From Pelagomonas calceolata (lineage: Eukaryota): a stretch of DNA of 64,000 nt. A model generated the notes under the pieces. That model had not been told where the DNA came from. It saw only the letters and a list, made by a program, of their open reading frames with translations, and made no database searches. Where the stretch lies: contig CAKKNE010000001.1 of NCBI GenBank assembly GCA_918797485.1, positions 1,736,001 to 1,800,000 on the forward strand. The letters are read 5' to 3'. Positions 1 to 9,750 of the stretch are shown here, one piece after another. The position numbers and the translations under genes are program-made. Numbering within the stretch: the stretch's first letter is position 1; the number at the start of each line of letters is the position of its first letter.

Positions 1-78
1 AACGAGTCTGGGGTGCGGTGGGCCGCTGGAAGGGGTCTAATTCACCGCAAAAGGACGCTTGGGACGCGAGCTGCTTTT

Positions 79-102
79 GCTAGTGTCTTACAATACGCTA
101 GC
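79..102 (+). promoter_or_regulatory. 24-bp dyad-ended upstream motif, copy 1
   Basis: GCTAGTGTCTTACAATACGCTAGC, 86 bp upstream of the ATG at 188. Confidence 0.65.
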
Positions 103-187
103 TTCACTGCTTTTTGGCCGCGCCCGCAGCGTGCAAGCCGTAAAAATGCATCATGATCAAAGTTCGCATAAATAAACAAGCAACAAA

Positions 188-1532
188 ATGCCGCCCCCGA
201 TCCGCGAGGTGACAGCTGCGCACCTCCAGACCCTCACGCAGCACCTAAAGCAGCGCCGCTGGCCCCAGCCGACGAAGTTCCGGAACCCGCCCTGGCTCGC
301 CGCCTTCGCCGACTGCACTCCTCAAGCATTGCAACAGCGCTGCAGCACAAACGAGACCCTCAAAATCCTCCGCGTCGAGGCTCAGGTCAACGAATCGGGA
401 GGCGACTACCACGGCGACGAGGTACGAAGAAGGGACGTGTCTATCAAATTGACGTCGGTGCTGAGCCTGCTCGAAGCGCACGGCGACGCGCAGCATTGGC
501 TGCGGGAGGCGACGGACGGCGCTGAATATTATTTGGCCCAAGCACCGTTGTACGCCATAACCTCGGAAGGTAGTGAGACGCGCCATGCGCTGGCGGACCT
601 CGTCCTATCATCAAAGGGCAGCCCTATGCCGCCCTGGCTCGCCGGGTCCTGCACGTTAAATCTGTGGCTCTCGCCTGGAGCAACCTCTTCCGCCCCGCAC
701 TGCGACGAGTCGCACAACGTCCTGACGGTGTTGCGTGGGCGCAAGACCGTGCTGCTGCTCCCGCCGTCATCTGGCGCTGACTTGGGCGCGCTGCCGGCGT
801 GGTCGGCGTCGCCGCACCACTGCCAATGTTCATCTGAAGAAGCGGCGCGGCACCCCTCTGCTTGCACGGTTACAATTGGTGTCGGTGAAGCTTTATTAAT
901 ACCAGCAGGGTGGTATCACGCCGTCGCTTCTCCTGCAGGAACGGTTGCGGTCAACTGCTGGTGGCAGCCTTCTGTGTGGAAATCAAATTTTACGGCGCGT
1001 TCACGCTGAATCTTCGCGTCGACCTCCACGCCATCGATGCGACGCCTGCTCGATGACGTGGCGATGCCGATTCCTCACCGCTCGACGGAGCCAGCACGGC
1101 ACTGGTTGATTTCCACACAGGCCGCCTTCACTGATGTGCCGGGCTCCGGAGGCGCTCGCGGCGCTGGCGTTCCGGAAACGCAGTCCGCAACTCGCGTTCT
1201 TCGCGAGGAGGGCATTAATTCGCCGGCAGCGAGCGGCCGTCGACGCGGCGGCCGGCGAGTTAAGACTCGCGGATTTATTGAGGGCGGCCTCTACGTACCC
1301 GACGCGGTGGCGCCGGCGCCTCGAAACCGCGCCGCCGGCGGCCTGCGCGGCGCTCTACGCGCTCTGGACGCGCGAGGCCGACGGCGCCTGCGAGCCCCTG
1401 CTTGAGGTGTTTGCGCCCGACGAGCGCGGCGCCGTCGTCGCGCGGCTGCGGCGCGGGCGCGACCGCTTCGCGCGCGCGGTCTTTCGGAAGTTGTGTCGGC
1501 GGTTGCGGCGGCGGCGGCGACGGCGTTTGTAG
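188..1532 (+). CDS. JmjC/cupin-like 2OG-Fe(II) oxygenase (exons 188-963, 1121-1532)
   Basis: NLWL..SAPHCDESHNVL..GRKTV..LLIPAGWYHAV..VNCWW motifs; removing 964-1120 joins WW|PPSLMCRAPE in frame. Confidence 0.8.
964..1120 (+). mobile_element. Introner intron (family 1), GC-AG, 157 bp
   Basis: TIRs CTGTGTGGAAATCAA (972) / TTGATTTCCACACAG (1120); TSD gcagcctt (964-971) vs gccgcctt (1121-1128); excision restores the frame. Confidence 0.88.
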
Positions 1533-1758
1533 TTGTTGTAATTTTTTGTCGGAAAAACCCGGGACGGCAGCGCGGAGTCAGCAGCGCGTGCCAGCGTTCA
1601 GCGGCCGCATTCGTCGCTGTCACCTCGTTTCGAATTATCGCACGGCTTCTGAGTAATCGCTTCTCGCATCTGCTGAAGTTTGTACAGCTTGCAGCACGTT
1701 TCAAGCACTGCTCCGGGCTGCTCTCTAATAAGGCTGTGGCACCACGCCCTATCACTCA

Positions 1759-2949
1759 ATGATGAATCGCCTCGTCGCCGTGCTCGCCGCCGCGACGGCG
1801 CTGGAGCCCGTCGCCCGCCGCACCCTGCTGAAGGGCGTGCCGGCGGCCGCCGCTCTCGCGACGCCCGCACTGGCAGCCGACAACGCTCTACAAAAGACGA
1901 GCTGCTTCGAAGTAATTCCAGACTCGTCATTAGCCTTGAAACCGAAGCTCACGCCCATCAAACCCGACAAATGTATTGGAGGCCTCAAGGCGGCCAAAGC
2001 TCTTTACCTCGGAGAGCATCACAACTCGTTAAGGGACCACCTCCTGCAAGCGGACATTTTGCGAGCTTTGAGACGATCAGAACCGAGAAGGCCCATGGCC
2101 GTGGGACTGGAGGCTATCCAAAGACGCTTCCAGCCCGTGCTCGACGACTACCTTCGAGGTGCTATTGGTCTCGAACAACTAGAACAACAAACCGAGTGGA
2201 GCACGAGGTGGACCTGGCCCTTTGCGAACTACGTGCCTGTGTTTGAAGCAGCTAGACTGAACAATTTCGAGTTACTGGCATTAAATGCGGATAGCGAGGA
2301 CTTGGGGGTCGTCGAGATGGGCGGGCTCGCGGGCCTGCCGAACGCGACGCTGGCGAAGTACATACCCGACCGTCGGGTCTTCGCGGACTTTACGAACACG
2401 ACTGCTTTCCGGGAGTACATCGCGTATGTGGTCGCACCGTCATACCGGTCACACAAAGAAATGGGCATCTTGCGACAGACGATAAGTGGACAACAATTAA
2501 AAGAGGACATGCCCTTCAAGAACTTTTATTCTGGGCGCATGCTCTGGGACAACAGCATGGCGAATACGGGAGCGGTGTGGACGCGGAAGAATCCTTCGGG
2601 GTTGTTAGTTTCCGTAATAGGCGCGGACCACGTGAAATTCGGGGGGGGTGTTCCCAATAGGTACGCCTACGCCGCGGGTTTGGATCTGGACAAGGTGCGC
2701 ACCGTGATACTAAATCCGTCGGCGGTCGACACGGCCGGGCCCCAGCTCGAAACTTTGCGAGCGGACGCGCCCGTGCCACTGACGCTCCAGATCCGCTTCG
2801 CGGCGGCGGCCGGCGACGGCGGCATTCCTGTCATTAATGGGGATGCGGTCGTCGACGTGGCCGCGGCCGCGCGCGTGAAGCAGGTGCGGCCGGGTTCAAG
2901 GGTGCTGCCCTTCAGTGACGTGCTGTGGCTGTCGGCCGAGGACGCCTAG
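1759..2949 (+). CDS. ChaN/Tiki-superfamily haem-binding-like protein, probably plastid or thylakoid targeted
   Basis: LYLGEHHN..DHLLQ..GLE..QRRFQPVLDDY..WTW..YVP motifs; signal peptide plus RRTLL twin-Arg-like leader. Confidence 0.75.
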   Translation: MMNRLVAVLAAATALEPVARRTLLKGVPAAAALATPALAADNALQKTSCFEVIPDSSLALKPKLTPIKPDKCIGGLKAAKALYLGEHHNSLRDHLLQADILRALRRSEPRRPMAVGLEAIQRRFQPVLDDYLRGAIGLEQLEQQTEWSTRWTWPFANYVPVFEAARLNNFELLALNADSEDLGVVEMGGLAGLPNATLAKYIPDRRVFADFTNTTAFREYIAYVVAPSYRSHKEMGILRQTISGQQLKEDMPFKNFYSGRMLWDNSMANTGAVWTRKNPSGLLVSVIGADHVKFGGGVPNRYAYAAGLDLDKVRTVILNPSAVDTAGPQLETLRADAPVPLTLQIRFAAAAGDGGIPVINGDAVVDVAAAARVKQVRPGSRVLPFSDVLWLSAEDA

Positions 2950-2961
2950 TGTTTTGTTAAA

Positions 2962-3705
2962 TTAATCGGTTACTACTATCTCACTCAAATCGCGAGCTAT
3001 CGCACTGCCCTCGCGGACAGCTACGATGCGCGTTCCAAACAACGGAAAGACAAACACACAGAGGTCCTCGTCGAGGTAGTCGACGGGGAACGTCGCGAAG
3101 AGCGGTATGAAGCCCGCCCGCGCCATCGGTCGGATCGTCTCGGCGGCGTACGAGTCGGCCGGGTCTGATGACGGCTGCGTTGCCCCCGGGTCCCACCAGC
3201 CGTCTCTCCAGTCCAACACGCAGCGGTCGCCGTCGCGGCGCCACGTTCCGCGCGTCGACAGGTAGCCCTCGCCCCAAAAGCCGGCGTATTTGACGTTCGA
3301 TTCCATCGGACCGCCGTCGCCGTCCACCCCGATGTCGTAGACCACGTCAAAACGGGAGCCGAGCAATCGGCCGAGGATATTTTTGATGTGTGGCGCGTGG
3401 ACGACGCGCCAGCGGCCCTTCGCCAGCCGTGCGAAGGAGCTGCCGATCGCTGGCTGAGCGGGCAGCGCGTCGACGGCGTCGTCGATCTCCTTCGTCGGCG
3501 CGCGCGCTTGCACGAGTTCCACGAAGCGGTCGCGCGCGTTGCCCGCAGCGGTCGCGGGTCGCGGCGCGGCAGCGAGGACGCAACTTGCAGCGAACGCTCG
3601 ACGCGTCACGTGTCGTCTTGGAGCTGAGAGGGCTGCGGAGTGCTGAGTGTGCAGGGCCACAGCTTGGCTTATGAGCAATATGGCGGCCGCATGAATTGCA
3701 GCCAT
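2962..3705 (-). CDS. PAP/fibrillin-like plastid protein
   Basis: Signal peptide; GRWRVVHAPH and DYLDEDLCVF motifs; start taken at the second Met (3705). Confidence 0.55.
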   Translation of the reverse strand: MAAIHAAAILLISQAVALHTQHSAALSAPRRHVTRRAFAASCVLAAAPRPATAAGNARDRFVELVQARAPTKEIDDAVDALPAQPAIGSSFARLAKGRWRVVHAPHIKNILGRLLGSRFDVVYDIGVDGDGGPMESNVKYAGFWGEGYLSTRGTWRRDGDRCVLDWRDGWWDPGATQPSSDPADSYAAETIRPMARAGFIPLFATFPVDYLDEDLCVFVFPLFGTRIVAVREGSAIARDLSEIVVTD

Positions 3706-3893
3706 TGCCGGCCGGCTGTCTCCTGACTGTAGACAAATTTGGATGATGCCTGGTGCACCAGAGACGACTGTGTGGCACGCCACCGCATCGATCAGCACGC
3801 AGCACGGGTTTTGTCGGATCTCTCGACCCGTTTGCACGCCATCGACGCGCGCCTCGACGACGAATCACGACATAATTATAGGCGCGCAATACC

Positions 3894-4961
3894 CTAGAGC
3901 AGCGGCACCTCCGTCCCGAGCGGCCGCGACATGAGGTGGTCGAGCGCGTCCTCGACGTTCAGGCGCCCGTCCAGGATCATCGCGACGGCCGTGAACAGGG
4001 GCAGGTCCAGATTGCACTTCGTCGCGAAGGCTTTTGCGACTGATGCCGTTGGGACGCCTTCCACCGTGCACGATTGTAATATGGTGTCGAGGGATTCGCC
4101 CTTGGCCAGGCGCAGCCCGCAGTTCCTATTACGAGACAGGTCCCCGAAGGCCGTCAGCATCAAATCACCGACACCCGCCAAGCCCGAGATCGTCTCGGGC
4201 CGCCCGCCCATGGCCACACATAACACGGTGAGCTCCCGCGTCGCGCGCGTGACGAAGGCCGCCAGGGTATTTATGCCAAATCCCGCGCCCTCGATCATGC
4301 CCGCGCCGATCGCCAATGGATTCTTCAGGGCGCCGCCCAATTCCACTCCCACGGTATCCTGGGACGCGTAGACGCGGAACCGTTTTGACGACAGGGCGAA
4401 CTGCACCTGGACCGCGTCGGCCAACTTCGCCGAAGCACACACTAACGCCGTCGGGTGCCGTTCGCAGATCTGGCGCGCGAAGGACGGTCCTGACAAAAAA
4501 GCCAGCGTTTGTGGTCTTTGAAACGCCCGCAGCATCGCCTCCGACAAAAAGCAGCCTTCCTCGAGATACAAACCCTTGGAGGTGCAGCAAAAAATGGCGT
4601 CGGCGGGGATGTCTCCTCGATATTTCTCGATGAAGTGGGGCGTCGCCTGGGCCGGGAGGGCGGAGATTACGAGGGTGGCGCCTTGGAGGGCTTCTGAAAC
4701 GTTTGCGGTGGCTTGCAGGCCTTCGGGCAGCTCGATGTCCGACAAGTATCTAGGATTGCGCCGCGTGGAAGTAATAGTAGCGGCCTGCTTTGGGTCCCGA
4801 CAATACCATCGCACGGAGTGCGACTTGCTAGCAGCTAGAAAGGCCATCGCGGTCCCGAAGTTGCCGCCCCCCAACACGCAGACGTTCTGGGGCTTCTGTT
4901 TCGGGTCGTGGTGGATGTCCTGCTCGAAGGCGGCGCCCGCCGCGGCGGCTTGGGCGGCCAT
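3894..4961 (-). CDS. gpsA: NAD(P)H-dependent glycerol-3-phosphate dehydrogenase (GpsA-like)
   Basis: GGGNFGTA, LSGPSFA, GVELGGALKNPLAI, GLAGVGDLMLT, SRN and VEG motifs. Confidence 0.93.
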   Translation of the reverse strand: MAAQAAAAGAAFEQDIHHDPKQKPQNVCVLGGGNFGTAMAFLAASKSHSVRWYCRDPKQAATITSTRRNPRYLSDIELPEGLQATANVSEALQGATLVISALPAQATPHFIEKYRGDIPADAIFCCTSKGLYLEEGCFLSEAMLRAFQRPQTLAFLSGPSFARQICERHPTALVCASAKLADAVQVQFALSSKRFRVYASQDTVGVELGGALKNPLAIGAGMIEGAGFGINTLAAFVTRATRELTVLCVAMGGRPETISGLAGVGDLMLTAFGDLSRNRNCGLRLAKGESLDTILQSCTVEGVPTASVAKAFATKCNLDLPLFTAVAMILDGRLNVEDALDHLMSRPLGTEVPLL

Positions 4962-5161
4962 GGTTATGCGCGCCGATGGCGTTTGGCTGCTCTGAGAGCT
5001 TCTCTGGCCAGCGAGTCTAGCGGGCGGCTGGCGGCGTTTAGCGCTGCAGCTCGACGTCTGCTGAGACGTTTAGAGCTATTAGTCGTGCAGTAAATTGCAG
5101 GACGTCCAGAGGGCTCGCTACTCGCAAATATATCCGCGGCAAAGCCAAGCAGCTCGTCGTT

Positions 5162-5185
5162 GCTAGTGCCTTACATGCCGCTAGC
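5162..5185 (+). promoter_or_regulatory. 24-bp dyad-ended upstream motif, copy 2
   Basis: GCTAGTGCCTTACATGCCGCTAGC between divergent starts at 4961 and 5352. Confidence 0.7.
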
Positions 5186-5351
5186 ATAACTCAGATTTCC
5201 TGTGATCCTGGAGTTTCCTGGGAGCCAGATCCGATTCCTCGATACGCCAAGGGCCGTCGTGATTCACGTTCAAGCCCTCGGAAAACGCCACGCTCGCAAA
5301 TCGCGCGTAAAGCGCCTGAAACCGAGAAAAACCGCTAAGATCGCAGCAAGA

Positions 5352-5836
5352 ATGCAGTCGCTGGCCGTCGTATTGATCTGCGCGCTCGGAGCAAAGGCAG
5401 AGATCCCGACCTGGGACGCCTCGTGCGTGGGCTGTCCGCTGAAATCGCTCGCGGACCACAAGGTCGAGTCGGCGGACGGCTTCCTCGCGACGACGCTGAC
5501 CGTCGACGTGATCACTCTCAAAACCCCCAACACAACTTTCAAGACGCGCGCCTACAATGGTACGCTCGAGCGCATACAAAATTTGACGGCGCATTTCGCC
5601 ATCGACGCGACGGATCTTGCACACAGGCGCGCTCGGCGGCCCGCGCCTCGTCCTGCAGGCGGGCGACAGAGTCGAGCTCACGCTCGTCAACAACTTGGAG
5701 GACCGCGACAACACTGGCGAGTGGAATCAGCCGCGGAAGCCGAACACGACCAACCTGCACCTGCACGGCATGCACGTTTCTGGTCGTCGTCGGCGCGGTC
5801 GCCGCGGCCGTCATCGCGGTAGTCGCGCTGCTTTAG
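5352..5836 (+). pseudogene. Truncated secreted multicopper oxidase (start of the N-terminal cupredoxin domain only)
   Basis: Signal peptide; spliced TRAYNG|ALGGPRLVLQAGDRVELTLVNNL..TTNLHLHGMHVS; homology stops at ~5782 and is followed by an out-of-frame hydrophobic tail. Confidence 0.7.
5560..5626 (+). mobile_element. Decayed family-1 introner intron, GT-AG, 67 bp
   Basis: TSD gtacgctc vs gcgcgctc; retains aaatttgacggcgc, cgccatcgacgcgacg and ttgcacacag; excision restores YNGALGGP. Confidence 0.8.
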
Positions 5837-6055
5837 GCATAGGTGCACACCGTAACACCACATACAAAACCACCCTTGCAGCTCGTCCGGACCGGCCCGG
5901 ACGCATCCCGAGGTAGCATATTGCTTTTTGTTTTTTACGGGGGGGGCGGGGGGGGGCAACTCGCGACGCGACGTATCATAGATATGACGGCCGCGACGAG
6001 TTGGGGAAACGGGGAGAGGGGAATTCAAGACGGCGGCCTTGCGCGGGTGCGCGTT

Positions 6056-9000
6056 CTAGGACCGTGACCACCAGCCGCTGCCCATCGACTTGGTCGAGCC
6101 TTGCGCGGTGGTGCCGCCGGTGCTGCCCCCCCACGACGGAGCATTAGGACCGGCGCCCCGCGGCGTCGACACGCGCACCGCGGCGGCAATTTCCTCGAAA
6201 TCGGGCCGGTCCGCCGGCTGGTGCGCCCAGGCGCGGACCATCAGCTTCCGGAGCTCGGCCGGCATCCCGGTCGGCACTGGCGGCCGCTCGCGCTTGTCGA
6301 CGACCTTTCGCGTGATCTGCACCGGCTTCAGCCCGCCCCACGGCACACCGCGGTCCCAGATTTCCCACAGCACGATGGCGTACGAGTACACGTCGCTCTT
6401 TTCCGTAAACGTGTTGTCTTCCAAGAGCTCCGGCGCCATGAAGGCCGGCGTGCCCGCCAGGCCCGCGCCGCCCATCGTCGCGGTGGCCGTCGTCTTCAGA
6501 TCCTCGCACTTCGACAAGCCAAAGTCCGTCACCTTACAGCGGAGATCGTGCGTGAGCAATACGTTCAGCGCCTTTAAGTCGCGATGCTCGACGCCCTGCG
6601 AGTACAAGTGCGCCATGCCCAGGGCGACGTCCGACACCCAGATGCGGCGCCGGTCCGACGTGATCTCGTCGTCGGTGTTGAGGGCGTCGCGTAGCGAGCC
6701 CCCGGCGCAGTACTCCATCACGAGGCCGAGGAACGTCGTATCCGTCGTGACCACGCCGTAGAAGTGGGCGACGCGCGGCGACCGCAGCCGCACCATGATC
6801 GCGAGCTCGCTCTTGAAAGAATTGAGCATTTTCTGGCGCTTCGTCGCCGTCATGCCCACGAGTGACATCTTCTTGAGCACGACACTGTCGCCTTGATACT
6901 CGCCCATGAAGACCTCGCCCTCGCCGCCGCGCGCGAACGGCTTGTCCTCGACGTAGTCGGGCACGACCTCGAACTGGGCGAGCTGGGATTCCTTGAGCTG
7001 GCGCACGGACTCCTTCTTCGTCTTGCGCCGCAGCGAGTCGCCGAGCCCGCGGATCTGCTGCCGCAGGCCCGCGTCGCGTTGCGCGCCGGCCTCGACTGCC
7101 TCCAGGATTTGCGCGTCGCGCGCCGCGCCCGCCTCGACGGCCTTCATGAGTTCGGCGTCGCGCGCCGCGGCCGCGTTGACGGCCTTCGCGATGCCGGCGA
7201 GCTCCGCCTTGTCGCCGTCCCGCCCGGCCAGCATTTGCTGCATCTTCGTGTCCAGGTTCCCGAGGCCCTCCTTCACTTCCAACCTGAACTCCTGGAGCTC
7301 GCTGGACAGTTCCGACGCGGCGACGCGGCCGTCCACGGCGACGCGCGCGACCGCGACGGCGTCCTCCGAGAGCGCCGCGGCGGCCTGCGCCTCGGACTCG
7401 CCCGTCGCGCGGACGCGCTCCGACACGAGCTGCCCCACCGACGCTTCGATGCGGTACGTCCGCTCCATCATGAGATGGTCGACCGACAGCCGGTAGATGT
7501 CCCGAAAGGTCTGCAGCTGCGCGACGATGCGCTTGTCGAGGCGGCCCAGCGACTTGACATGACTCTGCATCTTGAACGCGCGCTGCAGCCAGCCCTTCTT
7601 CCCGAACTTGCGCACGGCGCCGTCGAACTCGACGAGCAGGTCCACGAGCTCCCGCATCGCCTGCTCCACCAGCTCGCGGCCCTCCGCGAGCTTATCCGCG
7701 TTCCGGGCCATCATCTGGACAACGTTGAGCACGTCACAGACGCGCTTCGCCGCAACCAAAATATCATCCGCTTTCTCACCGAACTCCTCGGCCGAGCCAA
7801 GGCAGGACTGAGCCGCTTCGCAGAGCCGCCCGACGAGCGGGAGGCTGCTGCCGACGGAGAGCAAAGCGCTCGCGAGCGTCATGCCGTTCTGCACGACGCT
7901 CGACGTCTCCTCGTGGCGGGCGAACGCTATCGCGGAGCGGTCGTCGCCTTCCTCGAGGTCGCCGCCGCCGCGGGCCCTCTGTTTCGTATTCGACCCTTTG
8001 CTGCGACGGTAGAAGAAGAAGGCGGCGGCGGCTAGCAGTAGCGCGGCGCCCGCGGCAGCACCTCCGCCGGCGGCCATCACGTCGTCGCCACCGCCGCCGC
8101 CGCCACCGGAGCCGCCCGTCGCGTCGGTGGAGCTTTCGGCGCCGCCCGCGAGCGCGCCAGCGAGTGTGGGGCGCGGAGTCGCGAGTGTGGGGCGCGGCGT
8201 CGGCGCGGAGACGGGCTTGGCCGTGGGGTTACCGGGCGTCGCAGTCGGGGCAGGTGTCGGGCTCGGGATCGGGCGCGGCGTCGGCTGCCATGAGGGCTGA
8301 GGCGTCGGCTGCGGAACCGGGCTTGGCGTGGGTGGGCATTCCTGGCCGCTGTAGTCCACCAAAGTCCCCGCCCACACGTCGCCGTTCGTATCGGAGTCGT
8401 AGGTCGCGTGGAGGCCCGCGGGATACGTGCAGTACACGCGCGCGAGCGACGACGGGTTCATCCAGAGGGTCCAGGTGGACTCGAAGTCGCAGCTGTAGAG
8501 GTCGGCGCGGGCGTTCTCGTCCAGAACGAGGGCGCCATATTGGTAAATCCACATCATCATAGCGGCGTCGTAGAAGTCCGTCAGGGCGCCGAACGCGCAG
8601 TCGTAGAACGCCGCCGTCGTCCCGCTCCCGACCCAGACGTGATTCGCCGAGTTTTCGTAAAATTTGGTCGAGTAGAACGCGAGGCTGGCGGCGGGCATGC
8701 CGTCGTACGGGCCGGTGGCCATGATAGCGCCCATCATGCCCATGTGCCCGCGGAAGACCACGCGGCTCACCGTCAGCGTCGAGCCGGGTTCCATGCGGAT
8801 CGCGCCGGCGTCGGCGCTGTTGTGGCCGCTTCTGATCGTCAGGTCCGCGAGCTCGAGCGAACCCGCGCGCTCGTCCAGGACGAAGATCGGCCAATACCCG
8901 TTGTTCGACCCGGCGATGGTCGAGTATGCCTCACCGGCGCCGCGGATGGAGGCGCTCGCGCCGCTGGCTATCGTGTAAGTGCTGCCCTCGACCACGGAGA

Positions 9001-9406
9001 TGGTGACGTCCGGGCGAATCACGCAGTCCGCCGTCGCGACGAGCGCGTCCCAGCTGTCGCAGCCGGATGCGGCGTCCTCCGCGGCCGTGCGGTAGCCGCG
9101 GGCGTCGCTCCGCGCCCCGCAGCAGCACCCGTCGCAGCCGGCGTAGCCGTCCGCGGGCCCGCCGCCGTGGGGCCAATTCGCCTCGATCCAGCCGCACGCA
9201 CTGACGCCGTCGAGCTCCGACCAACCCTCGCCCCCGTCGGGGCTCGCGATGTAGTCGTCGCAGGTCATCGCCGGCATCGCGAAGTCGACGCAGGCGCAGC
9301 CGTCACCAGAAGCCTGCAATTTCCGAATCGTGCTGTCGGTCGCGAGGAAGCCACGCGCGGTGCCGACCAGTGCCAGGAGCCGCCGGAGGGGGGGCTGCCT
9401 TCGCAT
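6056..9406 (-). CDS. Single-pass receptor-like TKL kinase: beta-helix-like ectodomain, PT linker, TM helix, MLKL-like helical domain, coiled coil, kinase
   Basis: Signal peptide; PTP repeats; ALLLAAAAFFFYRR TM; ARGGEGEV, HRDLKALN, DFG, GTPAFMAPE and SDVYSY motifs. Confidence 0.85.
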   Translation of the reverse strand: MRRQPPLRRLLALVGTARGFLATDSTIRKLQASGDGCACVDFAMPAMTCDDYIASPDGGEGWSELDGVSACGWIEANWPHGGGPADGYAGCDGCCCGARSDARGYRTAAEDAASGCDSWDALVATADCVIRPDVTISVVEGSTYTIASGASASIRGAGEAYSTIAGSNNGYWPIFVLDERAGSLELADLTIRSGHNSADAGAIRMEPGSTLTVSRVVFRGHMGMMGAIMATGPYDGMPAASLAFYSTKFYENSANHVWVGSGTTAAFYDCAFGALTDFYDAAMMMWIYQYGALVLDENARADLYSCDFESTWTLWMNPSSLARVYCTYPAGLHATYDSDTNGDVWAGTLVDYSGQECPPTPSPVPQPTPQPSWQPTPRPIPSPTPAPTATPGNPTAKPVSAPTPRPTLATPRPTLAGALAGGAESSTDATGGSGGGGGGGDDVMAAGGGAAAGAALLLAAAAFFFYRRSKGSNTKQRARGGGDLEEGDDRSAIAFARHEETSSVVQNGMTLASALLSVGSSLPLVGRLCEAAQSCLGSAEEFGEKADDILVAAKRVCDVLNVVQMMARNADKLAEGRELVEQAMRELVDLLVEFDGAVRKFGKKGWLQRAFKMQSHVKSLGRLDKRIVAQLQTFRDIYRLSVDHLMMERTYRIEASVGQLVSERVRATGESEAQAAAALSEDAVAVARVAVDGRVAASELSSELQEFRLEVKEGLGNLDTKMQQMLAGRDGDKAELAGIAKAVNAAAARDAELMKAVEAGAARDAQILEAVEAGAQRDAGLRQQIRGLGDSLRRKTKKESVRQLKESQLAQFEVVPDYVEDKPFARGGEGEVFMGEYQGDSVVLKKMSLVGMTATKRQKMLNSFKSELAIMVRLRSPRVAHFYGVVTTDTTFLGLVMEYCAGGSLRDALNTDDEITSDRRRIWVSDVALGMAHLYSQGVEHRDLKALNVLLTHDLRCKVTDFGLSKCEDLKTTATATMGGAGLAGTPAFMAPELLEDNTFTEKSDVYSYAIVLWEIWDRGVPWGGLKPVQITRKVVDKRERPPVPTGMPAELRKLMVRAWAHQPADRPDFEEIAAAVRVSTPRGAGPNAPSWGGSTGGTTAQGSTKSMGSGWWSRS

Positions 9407-9750
9407 GTTTTTTTGCGTACTGCTGCGACCAATGGGGAGCTTTCTGATGCGCGACTGCGCGAAGGGCCTTTTTTCTCGCTGAGGTGCTGTAGGGGCTGCC
9501 TTTTGGTAGCGCCCCGTTCAAGTATCCCAGTTTGCGGCAGCGTGCTTGCGGCAGCGGGATCTCGGAGGAGGCGCTGATATCATATGAAGTACATAATCCT
9601 GAGGCGTCGTGCCCGGGTCTAGCACGAACACGGGTCCGCGAAGGCTCAGCGGACGCCTGCGCCCGGCCGCAACGAAATAATTCGCTGTTTTTTCTGGCTC
9701 GCGGGAGAGACAACTCCAAAATTTGGCAAGAAATATTAGTACATTTAAAA

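Noticed and set aside
53..66. 14-bp inverted match to ~23867-23879 (GGACGCTTGGGACG)
   Set aside because: A single short match in GC-rich DNA; could be chance
8408..9577. Long antisense or alternate-frame ORFs (e.g. 8408-9577, 6893-8035, 10267-11451, 42996-44105, 50824-51885)
   Set aside because: Shadow ORFs expected at high GC; Arg/Ala/Pro-rich with no motifs, and they overlap well-supported genes
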